NCBI GenBank assembly: GCA_963676795.2
Contig: CAXXTB010000002.1
Coordinates: 32,001-96,000, forward strand
Direction of reading: 5' to 3'
Source: Geopsychrobacteraceae bacterium
GTDB lineage: Bacteria > Desulfobacterota > Desulfuromonadia > Desulfuromonadales > Geopsychrobacteraceae
DNA: 64,000 bases
Each line of letters starts with the position of its first letter. The first letter of the stretch is position 1. This document shows positions 8,425 through 18,619 of the stretch, piece after piece. The notes under the pieces were generated by a model. It was not told the origin of the DNA. It was given only the letters and a program-made list of their open reading frames with translations, and made no database searches. The translations under genes and the position numbers were made by a program.

Positions 8425-9669
8425 ATGAAAAAAGACTACTTATTGACACTTGCTACGACGCAATTATCAATGTTTTTGAACCTCCTGTCTTTTAAGTTAG
8501 TTGCTATATATTTTGGAGAGGACGGATTTGCTATATACAACATAGGCCGGAGGACAATATCTGTATTGTGCCCGCTGCTGATTATGGGTATTGGGATCAG
8601 CCTGGCGAGGTATGTTGCAATGACTGAACATGATGATGTTTTTTTCAGAAGGAAATTATTATTTAATGCATTATCTCCGGTTTTTTTTGTTTGTTTATTA
8701 GTCGTTATCGTGACGTACTTTCTCCCGGAAAAGGCAGCTTCGCTGTTTTTGGGTGATTCCTCTCTTGGATTGCTTATTAAGTCTATTGCGATATACGTAG
8801 CAGGAATTACGTTGTTTGGAATATTGCAGTCCTATTATAGGGGGGCAATGCAGTTTTTTAGATCGAATATGCTGAGCCTTTTTTCTGGTGGAATTATTCC
8901 GATTCTATGCATAGTTATATTTCATGGAAGTGTAGAAAGAATGTATTTCATGGCGGGTACATTCATGATTTTTTTTGTAACAATTATATACTTAAAATCT
9001 TCAGGTAATGATCCTTTTGGTTCTAAGTATGATGCAGGATTGATGAAAAATCACCTCATTTATGGCTTACCAAGACTTCCTGGAGATATAAGTTTTTATT
9101 TACTGCTGATGCTCCCCTCCTGGATGGCTAATAAGTATTATGGAATTGCGGCGGGTGGTAGTGTTGCGTTTGCTTGTACCATTCTTAACATATATTCCAG
9201 TGCGGTTTCGCCAATCAGTTTTTTATTGTTACCCAAGGCGTCTTCTATGTTTAAAAATGGAGAGCGTGGAGAGTTGAGGGTATTAGTGTTGAAAATAGTT
9301 ATAGTGTCAGTTGTTGTTTCAGTATTTGGCGTTATTTTTTTGCAGTTGAGTATCGATGAAATAATAAAATATACATTGGGTAATGAGTATGTAAAAACGT
9401 CTCCTTTGATCCGTATCGTGTCATATGGAACGATACCATATACCTTATTTATCTGCTTAAGGAGTATAGCTGACGCTAAGTCCCGAATGCCTGTAAATGC
9501 TACTATCTGTATTGCTTCTCTTCTCGTTATGCTGTTCTGGACTTTTATCATAGGGGGTGGGGGAGGGGGAGTTGAGAGTTTGCTGAAAGGTCTGGTGTTT
9601 AGCTTATATGTGCTGGGAGGGCTTTCAGTTTTTGTCTCATTTTATTTCCTTGGAAGAAAAAAGAGATAA
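8425..9669 (+). CDS. wzx: Polysaccharide flippase
   Basis: 414-aa polytopic membrane protein, AT-rich, positioned in the polysaccharide cluster. Confidence 0.72.
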   Translation: MKKDYLLTLATTQLSMFLNLLSFKLVAIYFGEDGFAIYNIGRRTISVLCPLLIMGIGISLARYVAMTEHDDVFFRRKLLFNALSPVFFVCLLVVIVTYFLPEKAASLFLGDSSLGLLIKSIAIYVAGITLFGILQSYYRGAMQFFRSNMLSLFSGGIIPILCIVIFHGSVERMYFMAGTFMIFFVTIIYLKSSGNDPFGSKYDAGLMKNHLIYGLPRLPGDISFYLLLMLPSWMANKYYGIAAGGSVAFACTILNIYSSAVSPISFLLLPKASSMFKNGERGELRVLVLKIVIVSVVVSVFGVIFLQLSIDEIIKYTLGNEYVKTSPLIRIVSYGTIPYTLFICLRSIADAKSRMPVNATICIASLLVMLFWTFIIGGGGGGVESLLKGLVFSLYVLGGLSVFVSFYFLGRKKR

Positions 9670-9675
9670 GTATTG

Positions 9676-11031
9676 ATGTATAGTTTTTATGATTTGATAA
9701 TTTTTTTTATTATATTGATTTTATACCTAGCCTTGAGTTTTTGTGTGATAAGACACTCATTTCGGATGGAGGGTGTCTTTTCTACCGGACTTCTTTTGGT
9801 TCTTTTATCAACAATATATTATGTTTCAATACCTTTAGAGCTTATCATAGCCCATGGGAATGATTATTATGTTGCAGGTGTTCATGTAAAGATATCTGAT
9901 TATGATAAGGTTTTTCTTATATATAATACACTGATCTCAATTCCTGCATTCTATATAGGTTATATACTTTCTGGATATCGTTCCGATTTTTATAACATTA
10001 GAATCTGTAATGGTGGAAATTTATTTAAAAATTCATCTTTTGAGACTTCCATAAAGGTTTTGCTTTTTTTATCATCAATTTCCCTTTTCTTTTTTTTGAG
10101 GTCTGAATTATTGGTCTCAATGTCAGGATATAGCTCAAACTATAGCAATGTTTATAATAATCCTTTGTATAGCTATACTGTTTTTATATTTACAGCATCA
10201 CTTTCAATATATGCCTGCTTCAAATTGTGTCTTCATGATTGTAAGTTTCTTGGGATTTCTATGGTTTTTTTCGGTGTTGTATTTGGGATTTTGACATCAG
10301 ATAAAAATCCAATCCTGATTTCTATGTTACCCCTTGTCGCTAAAGTCAATATGTCCATTGTTCATAGGAGGACTGGAATCTTTTTTCTTATCGTAATTCT
10401 CCCGCTTGGTTTCATTGCGTTATTGATGTTGATACCTGCATTTTCTCTTTACCGAGCAGGTATCGATATATTCAGCTTTGAGCTTTTTAAATATTATAAT
10501 TTCTCATTTACAAGTATTGACCCTGCTGGGCCTTTCGTAAGTTTGGTTGAGACTCTTAGGGGGGGGGAGTCATTGCAGTTAGGATTTCAATACGTAAAGG
10601 ATTTATTGGTTTTAATTCCCCGCTCAGTTTTTCCTGCCAGGCCTTTTGATTTAAGTGAGCAGTTTGCAAGGGGTTTTATTCAGAACTGGCAACCAGGATT
10701 GGGACTAGGTTATTCGTTCATGGCTGAAGGCTTTGTTAACTTTGGTAGATATTTTTGCTTTTTGCATTTTTTTATTGTTGGTTTTTTTTGGGGCTGTGTT
10801 TGGCGAATTATCCGCTTGTTTCTGAAAAACAAAGCTCATACTGATATTTTGTACAGGACACTTGGCTTGTATTTGATTGTGCTCATGCATCGCGGACCGA
10901 GCTTGTCTCTTGTGAAAATGATGTTACATTTCTTTGTTCCTTTATGTGTGCTTATTGTTTTAGTTAAAACTTTCAGGCCGATCCTTAAGACTGTTGGCGC
11001 TCCATCCTCCTTGTTTGACAAGCATGCTTAA
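9676..11031 (+). CDS. wzy: O-antigen/polysaccharide polymerase
   Basis: Many TM helices, with a loop bearing LIPRSVFPARP and GYSFMAEGFVNFG motifs typical of Wzy-like polymerases. Confidence 0.72.
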   Translation: MYSFYDLIIFFIILILYLALSFCVIRHSFRMEGVFSTGLLLVLLSTIYYVSIPLELIIAHGNDYYVAGVHVKISDYDKVFLIYNTLISIPAFYIGYILSGYRSDFYNIRICNGGNLFKNSSFETSIKVLLFLSSISLFFFLRSELLVSMSGYSSNYSNVYNNPLYSYTVFIFTASLSIYACFKLCLHDCKFLGISMVFFGVVFGILTSDKNPILISMLPLVAKVNMSIVHRRTGIFFLIVILPLGFIALLMLIPAFSLYRAGIDIFSFELFKYYNFSFTSIDPAGPFVSLVETLRGGESLQLGFQYVKDLLVLIPRSVFPARPFDLSEQFARGFIQNWQPGLGLGYSFMAEGFVNFGRYFCFLHFFIVGFFWGCVWRIIRLFLKNKAHTDILYRTLGLYLIVLMHRGPSLSLVKMMLHFFVPLCVLIVLVKTFRPILKTVGAPSSLFDKHA

Positions 11032-11048
11032 AAGCAAAGACGATTATT

Positions 11049-12056
11049 ATGAGAATTTTGTGGACTCACAATTTTGACCCTGAGGTCGAAAACAGCGGCG
11101 TTTTTATGCATCTTATGGCTCAGGGGATGAGGGATGCTGGAGTAGATGTTGACCTATGTTATCTTGGAAATCTTCGTTCCTACAGAAATATGCTTGAGGC
11201 CTGCTCGTTAGTAAAAGGGCGAGCTTCTGAATATGACCTTGTTCATTCTCAGTTCGGCTCGGCCTGCGCTGTAGTGACCAGTCGGGTGGACAGCGTCCCA
11301 ACCGTGTTGTCATTAAGGGGGTCAGACTGGTATAGATGTAGAGGATTATTAAGCTTTTCTGCCCTGCATGGAATGTTGTCAACGCTTATGACGAGGTCTG
11401 TGCTAAGTGGCTTCAACTCAGTTGTTACAATGTCTTACCGAATGAAAAACGAGATACTCAGAATGTATCCTGATCTTGATGTCGATGTCATTCCTAGTCC
11501 GATCGATCTTGACTCATTTAAGCCGTCTAACAGGAGTGAAGCCAGGAATTTGTTGGGCTTTTCGGGAGATGCAGATAGGTGGGTTCTGTTTACGACCTTG
11601 TCTGAACGCAGTCTGGTGAAGAGAGTGTCTCTGGCCAAGGAGGCGGTCAGGATTGCAAACGAAAAAATTGGAAGCGTTAAACTGCGAATTGCGACTGGGC
11701 TAAGTCATTCAGAAATGCCAGTTTTTGTGAACGCTTGTAATCTGGCGCTCTGTACTTCCTCACATGAAGGATGGCCAAATTGTATCAAGGAAGCTCTTGC
11801 GTGCAACTTGCCTTTTGTTGCAACGGATGTGAGCGATCTATCGTTGATTGTATCACAAGAACCTTGTTGTCGCGTATGCGCTCCGAATGCTGAAGAATTG
11901 GCAGAAAATATTTGTGAGATTCTGAGCCTTCAGCAGGAGGTCAATCTTCGTAAGTATGTTTTGGATATGGATATCTCAGTTACAAGTCAAAAACTCATTA
12001 AGCTGTATTCAGGAATACTCAATGAGAGGAGTGGAGCAGCCTCTCAACACTTGTAA
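11049..12056 (+). CDS. Glycosyltransferase family 4
   Basis: SSHEGWPNCIKEALACNLPFVATDV (EX7E) motif. Confidence 0.85.
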   Translation: MRILWTHNFDPEVENSGVFMHLMAQGMRDAGVDVDLCYLGNLRSYRNMLEACSLVKGRASEYDLVHSQFGSACAVVTSRVDSVPTVLSLRGSDWYRCRGLLSFSALHGMLSTLMTRSVLSGFNSVVTMSYRMKNEILRMYPDLDVDVIPSPIDLDSFKPSNRSEARNLLGFSGDADRWVLFTTLSERSLVKRVSLAKEAVRIANEKIGSVKLRIATGLSHSEMPVFVNACNLALCTSSHEGWPNCIKEALACNLPFVATDVSDLSLIVSQEPCCRVCAPNAEELAENICEILSLQQEVNLRKYVLDMDISVTSQKLIKLYSGILNERSGAASQHL

Positions 12057-12142
12057 CCTGAGGTTAATGATTGGTTGTGATAATGAGCTTAATTCGTAAT
12101 CTTGTTAAGACTTTGTCTTATTGTCGATGAGGATATGTCCTG

Positions 12143-13957
12143 ATGTGTGGAATCTTTGGAATGATATCTCCACAGGAGATAGATAAAAATAGTTTTAAAA
12201 AATTAGTCACGCACGCTCTGCAGCGAGGTAAAGATTCGAGTGGTTTATTATGCTATCAGAGTGGCGGTTATCATGCATATCGTGCTGACTATCAAATCAC
12301 CCGGCTCTTGAGGGAAATAAAACCCTATGCCAGTCCAGTTGTTATGGGGCATAGCCGTTTGATTACAAATGGAATGGTCGATAACCAGCCTGTAATCAGA
12401 GACGGTATTTGTGCCTTGCATAACGGTATTATTGTAAACCATGAGGCTATTTGGTCTGAAATAGGCAAGGAGCCAAAGCTGCAAATAGACACAGAGCTTA
12501 TCATAGGAATTGCCTCCGCTCATCTTGAGTCTGGAGGGGATTTGGCTGAATTGCCAGTAAATATTTTAAAGTTGTGCCAAGGTGTTGTTGCATGCGCTTT
12601 GATTCTTCCAAAATATGGCAAGATATGCCTATTTTCCAACAATGGAAGCCTGTACGTCGGGGAGCATGGGCAAAGTACGGTTTTTGCGTCAGAAAGTTTT
12701 CCTTTAAGTGAGATCGGTTGTAAAGAGATAGTACAGATTAGGGATAATGCAGTTTTTCTGGATATCCCAGTGGCAGAGACTGACATAAAAATTCAAGACA
12801 AGCTTGCAAGAACTTCTAATTTAATACCTGCATTGAAATTCTCTTCATCAGAAGAAAAAAAACTTATATACCGTCATCATAACCTGCGTCGGTGCACGCG
12901 GTGTGTCCTTCCTGAAACTATGCCCTTCATTAATTTTGATGATGACGGTGTTTGTAATTATTGCCGGAGTTATAAACCTAGGAACATCCCAAGGTCTACC
13001 GATGAAATTTTTGCTCTTGTGGAGCCTTACCGGAGGCAGATGGGGAATGATTGTATCGTACCTTTTTCTGGAGGACGGGACAGTTGTTACGGCCTTCACT
13101 TGATTGTTAATGAGTTGAAAATGCAGCCAGTAACCTATACCTATGACTGGGGTATGGTGACTGATTTAGGGCGCCGTAATATCAGTAGACTGTGTGCTGA
13201 ACTTGGTGTGGAAAATATAATAATTGCAGATGATATTGCCACAAAGCGTCGCAATATTAAGATGAATCTTAAGGCTTGGTTACGGTCCCCTGATCTGGGA
13301 ATGGTGAGTATATTAACCGCAGGTGATAAGCATTTTTTTCGTCATGTAGAGTCCGTTAAGAAACAAACTGGAATTAAGCTTAATTTGTGGGGCGTCAACC
13401 CTTTGGAAGTCACACATTTTGAAGCGGGTTTTTTAGGAGTCCCTCCCGATTTTGAAGAGAAGCGCGTTTATAATCATGGTTGGCAAAAGCAACTCAACTA
13501 TCAAAAACTTCGCTTTAAGGCAATGCTCAAAAGTCCCGGCTATTTTAATAGATCATTATGGGACACATTGTCTGGAGAGTACTATCGAAGCTTTACTCAG
13601 AAGGAAGATTATTTTCATATTTACGATTATTGGCGTTGGGATGAGAAGAAAATCGATGCAGTTCTAGATATGTACAATTGGGAAAAAGCTCCTGATACAA
13701 AAACAACCTGGCGGATTGGGGATGGTACTGCGGCATTCTATAATTATATTTATTATACGGTGGCTGGTTTTACTGAGCACGACACCTTTCGAAGCAATCA
13801 GATTCGTGAGGGGGATTTAACAAGAGAAGAGGCTCTTCAATTGGTCATAGATGAAAATACGCCAAGATACCCCAATATAAAATGGTATCTTGATGCAGTT
13901 GGGTTGGAATTTAATGACGTGATTTCTGTAATCAATTCTATTGAAAGCTATTATTGA
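12143..13957 (+). CDS. Fused class II glutamine amidotransferase + N-acetyl sugar amidotransferase (WbpG-like PP-loop) protein
   Basis: N-terminal MCGIFG, RGKDSSG, GHSRL, HNGII (Ntn fold); then CTRCVLP...CNYC and the PP-loop SGGRDS. Confidence 0.8.
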   Translation: MCGIFGMISPQEIDKNSFKKLVTHALQRGKDSSGLLCYQSGGYHAYRADYQITRLLREIKPYASPVVMGHSRLITNGMVDNQPVIRDGICALHNGIIVNHEAIWSEIGKEPKLQIDTELIIGIASAHLESGGDLAELPVNILKLCQGVVACALILPKYGKICLFSNNGSLYVGEHGQSTVFASESFPLSEIGCKEIVQIRDNAVFLDIPVAETDIKIQDKLARTSNLIPALKFSSSEEKKLIYRHHNLRRCTRCVLPETMPFINFDDDGVCNYCRSYKPRNIPRSTDEIFALVEPYRRQMGNDCIVPFSGGRDSCYGLHLIVNELKMQPVTYTYDWGMVTDLGRRNISRLCAELGVENIIIADDIATKRRNIKMNLKAWLRSPDLGMVSILTAGDKHFFRHVESVKKQTGIKLNLWGVNPLEVTHFEAGFLGVPPDFEEKRVYNHGWQKQLNYQKLRFKAMLKSPGYFNRSLWDTLSGEYYRSFTQKEDYFHIYDYWRWDEKKIDAVLDMYNWEKAPDTKTTWRIGDGTAAFYNYIYYTVAGFTEHDTFRSNQIREGDLTREEALQLVIDENTPRYPNIKWYLDAVGLEFNDVISVINSIESYY

Positions 13958-13966
13958 AGATTTGAA

Positions 13967-15196
13967 ATGAATATTTGGTATTTGTCTGCTCATGATCAAC
14001 CAAAGGGCCAATCCGCACGTACTTATGAGTTTTGTTTAGAGCTGTGCAGGAAGGGCCATCATGTCACCATGTTTACAAACAGCTACTGTCACTGGACACA
14101 TGAGGAATTACTGTCACCTAGCGAAAAGTGGCGTATCGAAGACATTGATGGGCTTCGAGTGATATGGCTACGCACCATTCACTACAGAGGCAACGGTCTT
14201 AGACGTGGTGCGAATATGATGTCGAATGTCTGGCGGTCATTGCAGGTGGCGAAGGTTTTGTCTGATCGGCCTGATGTTGTTGTGGGGCCTAGTGTGCCTC
14301 TCGGTACTGGCTGGGCTGCGTTACGGATCGCACAGCAGAGAAATGCGGCCTTTGTTTTTGAAGTCAGAGATGTCTGGCCTAGTGCTCTTGTTGATGACGG
14401 CGGATTGTCGAATAAACATCCTGTCTATTTTTTCTTTCGCTTTCTTGAAAAGCTTCTCTATCGCAAAGCAGATATGATTTCATCTGCAATTCCATATATA
14501 TTCGATCATGTTGCAGCAAGTGGTGGTGATCCTGATAGGATTGTGTGGGTTCCTAATGGCGTCAGCTTTGAACGTTATGACTGTTATGGCGAATATGATG
14601 GAGGGCGAAAAAGTCCATTAGTCGTGATGTATGTAGGTGGTTACGGAAATGCTCATGATGTCCGCACTATCGTTAGGGCTGCGAAAATTTTGCAGGCGCG
14701 AAAAGTTGATAGCTTTTACTTCATTATAATTGGTAGCGGACCTAAAAAGGCTGAATGTGTGAGGGAGGCACAAGAGGCAAAGCTTACGAATATTGAATTT
14801 CGGGACCCTATACCCAAGAGCGAGATCCCAAAGGCACAGCTGGAGGCCGATATCCTGATAGCAGCTGTTCTGGATTCTCCAATCTATCGGTTTGGTTTGA
14901 ATCTCAATAAAATGTTTGACTATTTTGCATCTGGACGTCCGGTGATTTTCTCAGGGAATGCGCCAAATGATCCTGTTGCAGAAACAGGTGCCGGATTTAG
15001 TATTCCTCCTGAACAGCCAGAGATGATGGTGGATTCATTGATGAAATTATTAGCTCTTTCTCCTGAAGAACGCTCCGAGATGGGGCGTCGTGGACGGGAT
15101 TATATTAAATGTTTTGATATGCAAGTCCTCTCAACGCGTATGGAGGCGCTGTTGTATCAAGCCAGCCAAGAAAAGGAGAAGTCTGCATGCAGTTAG
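13967..15196 (+). CDS. Glycosyltransferase family 4 (WbuB-like)
   Basis: FVFEVRDVWP, PNGV, NKMFDYFASGRPV motifs. Confidence 0.85.
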   Translation: MNIWYLSAHDQPKGQSARTYEFCLELCRKGHHVTMFTNSYCHWTHEELLSPSEKWRIEDIDGLRVIWLRTIHYRGNGLRRGANMMSNVWRSLQVAKVLSDRPDVVVGPSVPLGTGWAALRIAQQRNAAFVFEVRDVWPSALVDDGGLSNKHPVYFFFRFLEKLLYRKADMISSAIPYIFDHVAASGGDPDRIVWVPNGVSFERYDCYGEYDGGRKSPLVVMYVGGYGNAHDVRTIVRAAKILQARKVDSFYFIIIGSGPKKAECVREAQEAKLTNIEFRDPIPKSEIPKAQLEADILIAAVLDSPIYRFGLNLNKMFDYFASGRPVIFSGNAPNDPVAETGAGFSIPPEQPEMMVDSLMKLLALSPEERSEMGRRGRDYIKCFDMQVLSTRMEALLYQASQEKEKSACS

Positions 15197-16032
15197 AAGA
15201 ACGTAAGCTGAAGGAAATAGAGCACTCAGATCGACGCCGCTCAATAGTCAAGGGCTATGAATATCAGACTGATACCGCTGATGATCAATTAGATTCGACA
15301 TTTGTGGCAGGTGGGGAGGAATATGATCAGCACTTCAGTAACATGAAGTTTTATAGTGTTACCAAGTCCAGTTTTGCGTATCGAGATGCTCTTCTTTATG
15401 AAAACCTTCAGGGCGCGGATGTTTTGGATTACTGCTGTGGTAATGGTGAGGTTGCCCTGGAAATGGCCAGGCGTGGCGCTAAAAAGGTTGTTGGTATTGA
15501 TATTAGCGAAGTAGCAGTTAAAAATGCTCAAGAGTTAGCTAAAATTCGGGGGGTTGACTCTATCTGTGAATTTAAGGTGATGGATGCCGAACATACCGAG
15601 TTTACAGATAACAGTTTTGACATTATCCATGAATATGGCGCTTTGCATCACCTCGATCTGCCTTTGGCTTTTGCTGAGCTAGCTCGCATTTTAAAGCCTG
15701 ATGGGAAGTTGGTCTGTACTGAGGCAATGCGCCATAACCCACTAATTCACTGGTATCGAACTCGCACTCCTCACCTGCGTACTGAGTGGGAGGTGGAGCA
15801 TATCCTTGGTATCCCAGAGATCAATAGCGGTGGGCGTTATTTCTCATCTATTAAGACAAAAATGTTCCATCTTGCAGCATTAGGGTCTGTTCCCTTTAGA
15901 AGGAACCTTATGTTCAGGCCTCTTCTTGCGCTTCTTGAAGCGGTTGATGCGTGTATTCTTAAGATTCCTTTTTTTAATCGACTCGCGTGGATAGCTGTCG
16001 TTGAATATCGAAATCCCAAAAAGATTGATTGA
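15187..16032 (+). CDS. Class I SAM-dependent methyltransferase
   Basis: VLDYCCGNG, GIDIS, MDAE, FDII, ALHHL, RILKPDG. Confidence 0.85.
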   Translation: MQLEERKLKEIEHSDRRRSIVKGYEYQTDTADDQLDSTFVAGGEEYDQHFSNMKFYSVTKSSFAYRDALLYENLQGADVLDYCCGNGEVALEMARRGAKKVVGIDISEVAVKNAQELAKIRGVDSICEFKVMDAEHTEFTDNSFDIIHEYGALHHLDLPLAFAELARILKPDGKLVCTEAMRHNPLIHWYRTRTPHLRTEWEVEHILGIPEINSGGRYFSSIKTKMFHLAALGSVPFRRNLMFRPLLALLEAVDACILKIPFFNRLAWIAVVEYRNPKKID

Positions 16033-16033
16033 A

Positions 16034-16690
16034 ATGCGCAGATGCAGAGGTATTGAGCCCCAATTGGGCCACTCAAGATTTTCGATGTCGGTAAAACGTC
16101 TGGTCGATATTGTCATTTCACTGTTCATTCTTTCATTGATATGGCCCATTTTAGTGATTATTGCCTTAATTGTGAAGTTGACGAGTCCAGGCCCGGTGTT
16201 TTACCGGGGTATAAGATCTGGGCTGAACGATAAAACCTTTAGGATACTGAAGTTTCGTACAATGGTGGTGGACGCAGAATTGTGTGGTGGGCCGACAACG
16301 GGGACGAATGATCCGCGTGTCACAAATGTCGGAATTCTTCTGAGAAAAATCAAATTTGATGAACTCCCTCAGTTTATTAATGTGCTGCTAGGTGATATGA
16401 GCTTGGTCGGGCCACGTCCAGAAGTGCTTGAATATACAAAGCAATATAGTGGTGAAGAGCGTTTGATTCTTTGCATGCGGCCTGGTATTACAGATTATGC
16501 ATCGATAGAGTTTGCGGATTTAGATGATAGAGTTGGGTCATTGGATCCAGACAGATATTTTCGTGAACATATACTACCTCGTAAAAATGCTCTAAGGGTT
16601 AGATATGTTAAAGAGTGGTCTTTGAGATCCGATTTCAAGATTTTATGGAAAACCTGTAGGCGGGTTCTAAGAAGGGTTTTTTCTCGGTGA
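16034..16690 (+). CDS. Priming polyprenyl-phosphate sugar transferase (start uncertain, 16034 or 16085)
   Basis: KRLVDI, KFRTM, DPRVT.VG..LRK.KFDELPQFINVL.GDMSLVGPRPE. Confidence 0.9.
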   Translation: MRRCRGIEPQLGHSRFSMSVKRLVDIVISLFILSLIWPILVIIALIVKLTSPGPVFYRGIRSGLNDKTFRILKFRTMVVDAELCGGPTTGTNDPRVTNVGILLRKIKFDELPQFINVLLGDMSLVGPRPEVLEYTKQYSGEERLILCMRPGITDYASIEFADLDDRVGSLDPDRYFREHILPRKNALRVRYVKEWSLRSDFKILWKTCRRVLRRVFSR

Positions 16691-17655
16691 CAGCTCTTGA
16701 AACGGTACCATTGGTCAGTGGTTTTGCTCCTGTGACACGCCTTGGTATGGGGTGTTGGGCTATTGGTGGACACGGTTGGGGTGCTGTTAAAGAAGAAGAC
16801 TCCGTTCGTGCAGTGAACTGTGCTCTCGACCAAGGAGTTACCTTTTTTGATACTGCAGATGCTTATGGCTTGGGGAAATCAGAAACACTCCTTGCCAAAA
16901 TTTTAGGATATAAGCGTCATTCTTTAGTCATCGGGACCAAGGGCGGGGTTAAGTGGGATGATTGTGGTAAAATTTGGACAGATATTTCTCCAGAATCTCT
17001 CCGGCAATCCCTTGAAGGAAGTTTGAGACGTCTTCGGCTTGATACAATCCCTTTGTACTACATTCATAAGCCTGACAATATTACGAGGATAGGGGAGAGT
17101 ATCGCTGCACTCAGACGTTTTCAGGAAGAAGGAAAACTCGTAGACATCGGAGTCGCAAATTTTAGTCCTGAACAACTCTTAGAGGCTTTGGAAGTAGCAT
17201 CGGTCAAAGTCATCCAGCTCAGATTGAACCTGTTTGAACCGGATCTGTTGGAAGAATATGAGTGTATCTGTCGCGAACATGGTGTCCACCTTGTTGCGTG
17301 GGGTGCTTTGGCTGATGGCTTGCTAACCGGAAAATTTGACAGCAATTCGTCTTTTGGTCTCGACGATCATCGCAGTAGCATGCCTGACTTTGTCGGGGAG
17401 CGTTATTCCTGTAACCTTCAAAGTGTGTCGCAACTTGCTGAATTTGCCGCTGAGCTCAAGGTTCCATTAAGTCAACTTGCTCTACGATGGGTATTGGATA
17501 GTTCTGATATCACAATGCCGTTGTTTGGTGCGAAGACAGACCAGCAGGTTGAGCAGAATATTTCGGCTTCGAGTTGGCGCCTCAGTTCAGCAGATATCCA
17601 TATTATTAATTCCATTGTTGAGAATGTCCGGAGATCATATGGTCTATTCAGTTAA
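16687..17655 (+). CDS. Aldo/keto reductase
   Basis: LGMGCWAIGG, FFDTADAYG.G.SE, SL.RL.LD.I.LYYIH.PD. Confidence 0.88.
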   Translation: MTALETVPLVSGFAPVTRLGMGCWAIGGHGWGAVKEEDSVRAVNCALDQGVTFFDTADAYGLGKSETLLAKILGYKRHSLVIGTKGGVKWDDCGKIWTDISPESLRQSLEGSLRRLRLDTIPLYYIHKPDNITRIGESIAALRRFQEEGKLVDIGVANFSPEQLLEALEVASVKVIQLRLNLFEPDLLEEYECICREHGVHLVAWGALADGLLTGKFDSNSSFGLDDHRSSMPDFVGERYSCNLQSVSQLAEFAAELKVPLSQLALRWVLDSSDITMPLFGAKTDQQVEQNISASSWRLSSADIHIINSIVENVRRSYGLFS

Positions 17656-18619
17656 AACGATAAAAGATTTATACCGCACCATGCTGAGAATTCGTTTTGT
17701 GGAAGAAGGGTTCGTTGAACCCATACTTAACGGCGAAGTTAAGTGCCCTGTTCATCTATATTCAGGTGAAGAGGCGATTGCTGCTGGAGTATGTACAGCG
17801 CTGACGCGAGACGATTATATTTTGGGCAGCCACCGTTCTCACGGGCATTATCTCGCGAAGGGGGGCGATCTGAAGACTCTGGTCGCCGAGGTGTTCTGTC
17901 GCGAAACCGGTTGTTCGCAGGGCCGCGGAGGTTCGATGCATTTGATTGATCCTGATGTCGGTATGCTTGGTTCAGCTCCAATCGTTGCTGGAACAATCTC
18001 TCTTGCATTGGGAGCAGCCTTAGCTTCATCGATCAGAAGGGATGGTAGAGTAGCCGTCAGTTTTTTTGGAGATGGTGCCACCGGAGAAGGGGTGTTGTGT
18101 GAGTCCATTAATTTTGCTGCACTAAAGAAATTACCGATTATTTTTGTTTGTGAAAATAACCTGTATTCCACTCACCTCTCAATTGATGAAATTCGGGTTA
18201 ATCGTGAGATCCATCATTTGGGCAAACCTTTTGGAGCTAAGAGTATCCAGGTTGATGGGAACGATGTCCTCTGTGTTTATGAGCAAGCTATTCAGGCAAT
18301 TGATGCTTGCAGAAATGGAGCGGGCCCTGTGTTGTTGGAATGTATGACTTACCGTCAGAGGGGGCATGTCGGTCCTGATGATAACGTTCAGGGACTTCAT
18401 ACCGATATCCGGCCACCGAAAGAGCTTGCGAGTTGGATCGCTAAAGATCCTCTTAAAAAGCTAGAAGCATACATGCTGGAAGAATGCGGTTTGTCGAGTG
18501 CTGATCTGGAGAAGATCCGGATTGCTGTAGAAAGAGAAGTGTCTGAGGCTTTTGAATACGCACAAAAGAGCCAATTTCCAGCTTCTCTGGGGATGGGGAA
18601 TTATGTCTTCGCAGATTAG
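17639..18619 (+). CDS. TPP-dependent dehydrogenase E1 alpha-like subunit
   Basis: HLYSGEEA, HRSHGH, GRGGSMH, TPP motif GDGA...NN, YRQRGH; ATG at 17639 preferred over the upstream alternative start. Confidence 0.88.
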   Translation: MVYSVKTIKDLYRTMLRIRFVEEGFVEPILNGEVKCPVHLYSGEEAIAAGVCTALTRDDYILGSHRSHGHYLAKGGDLKTLVAEVFCRETGCSQGRGGSMHLIDPDVGMLGSAPIVAGTISLALGAALASSIRRDGRVAVSFFGDGATGEGVLCESINFAALKKLPIIFVCENNLYSTHLSIDEIRVNREIHHLGKPFGAKSIQVDGNDVLCVYEQAIQAIDACRNGAGPVLLECMTYRQRGHVGPDDNVQGLHTDIRPPKELASWIAKDPLKKLEAYMLEECGLSSADLEKIRIAVEREVSEAFEYAQKSQFPASLGMGNYVFAD

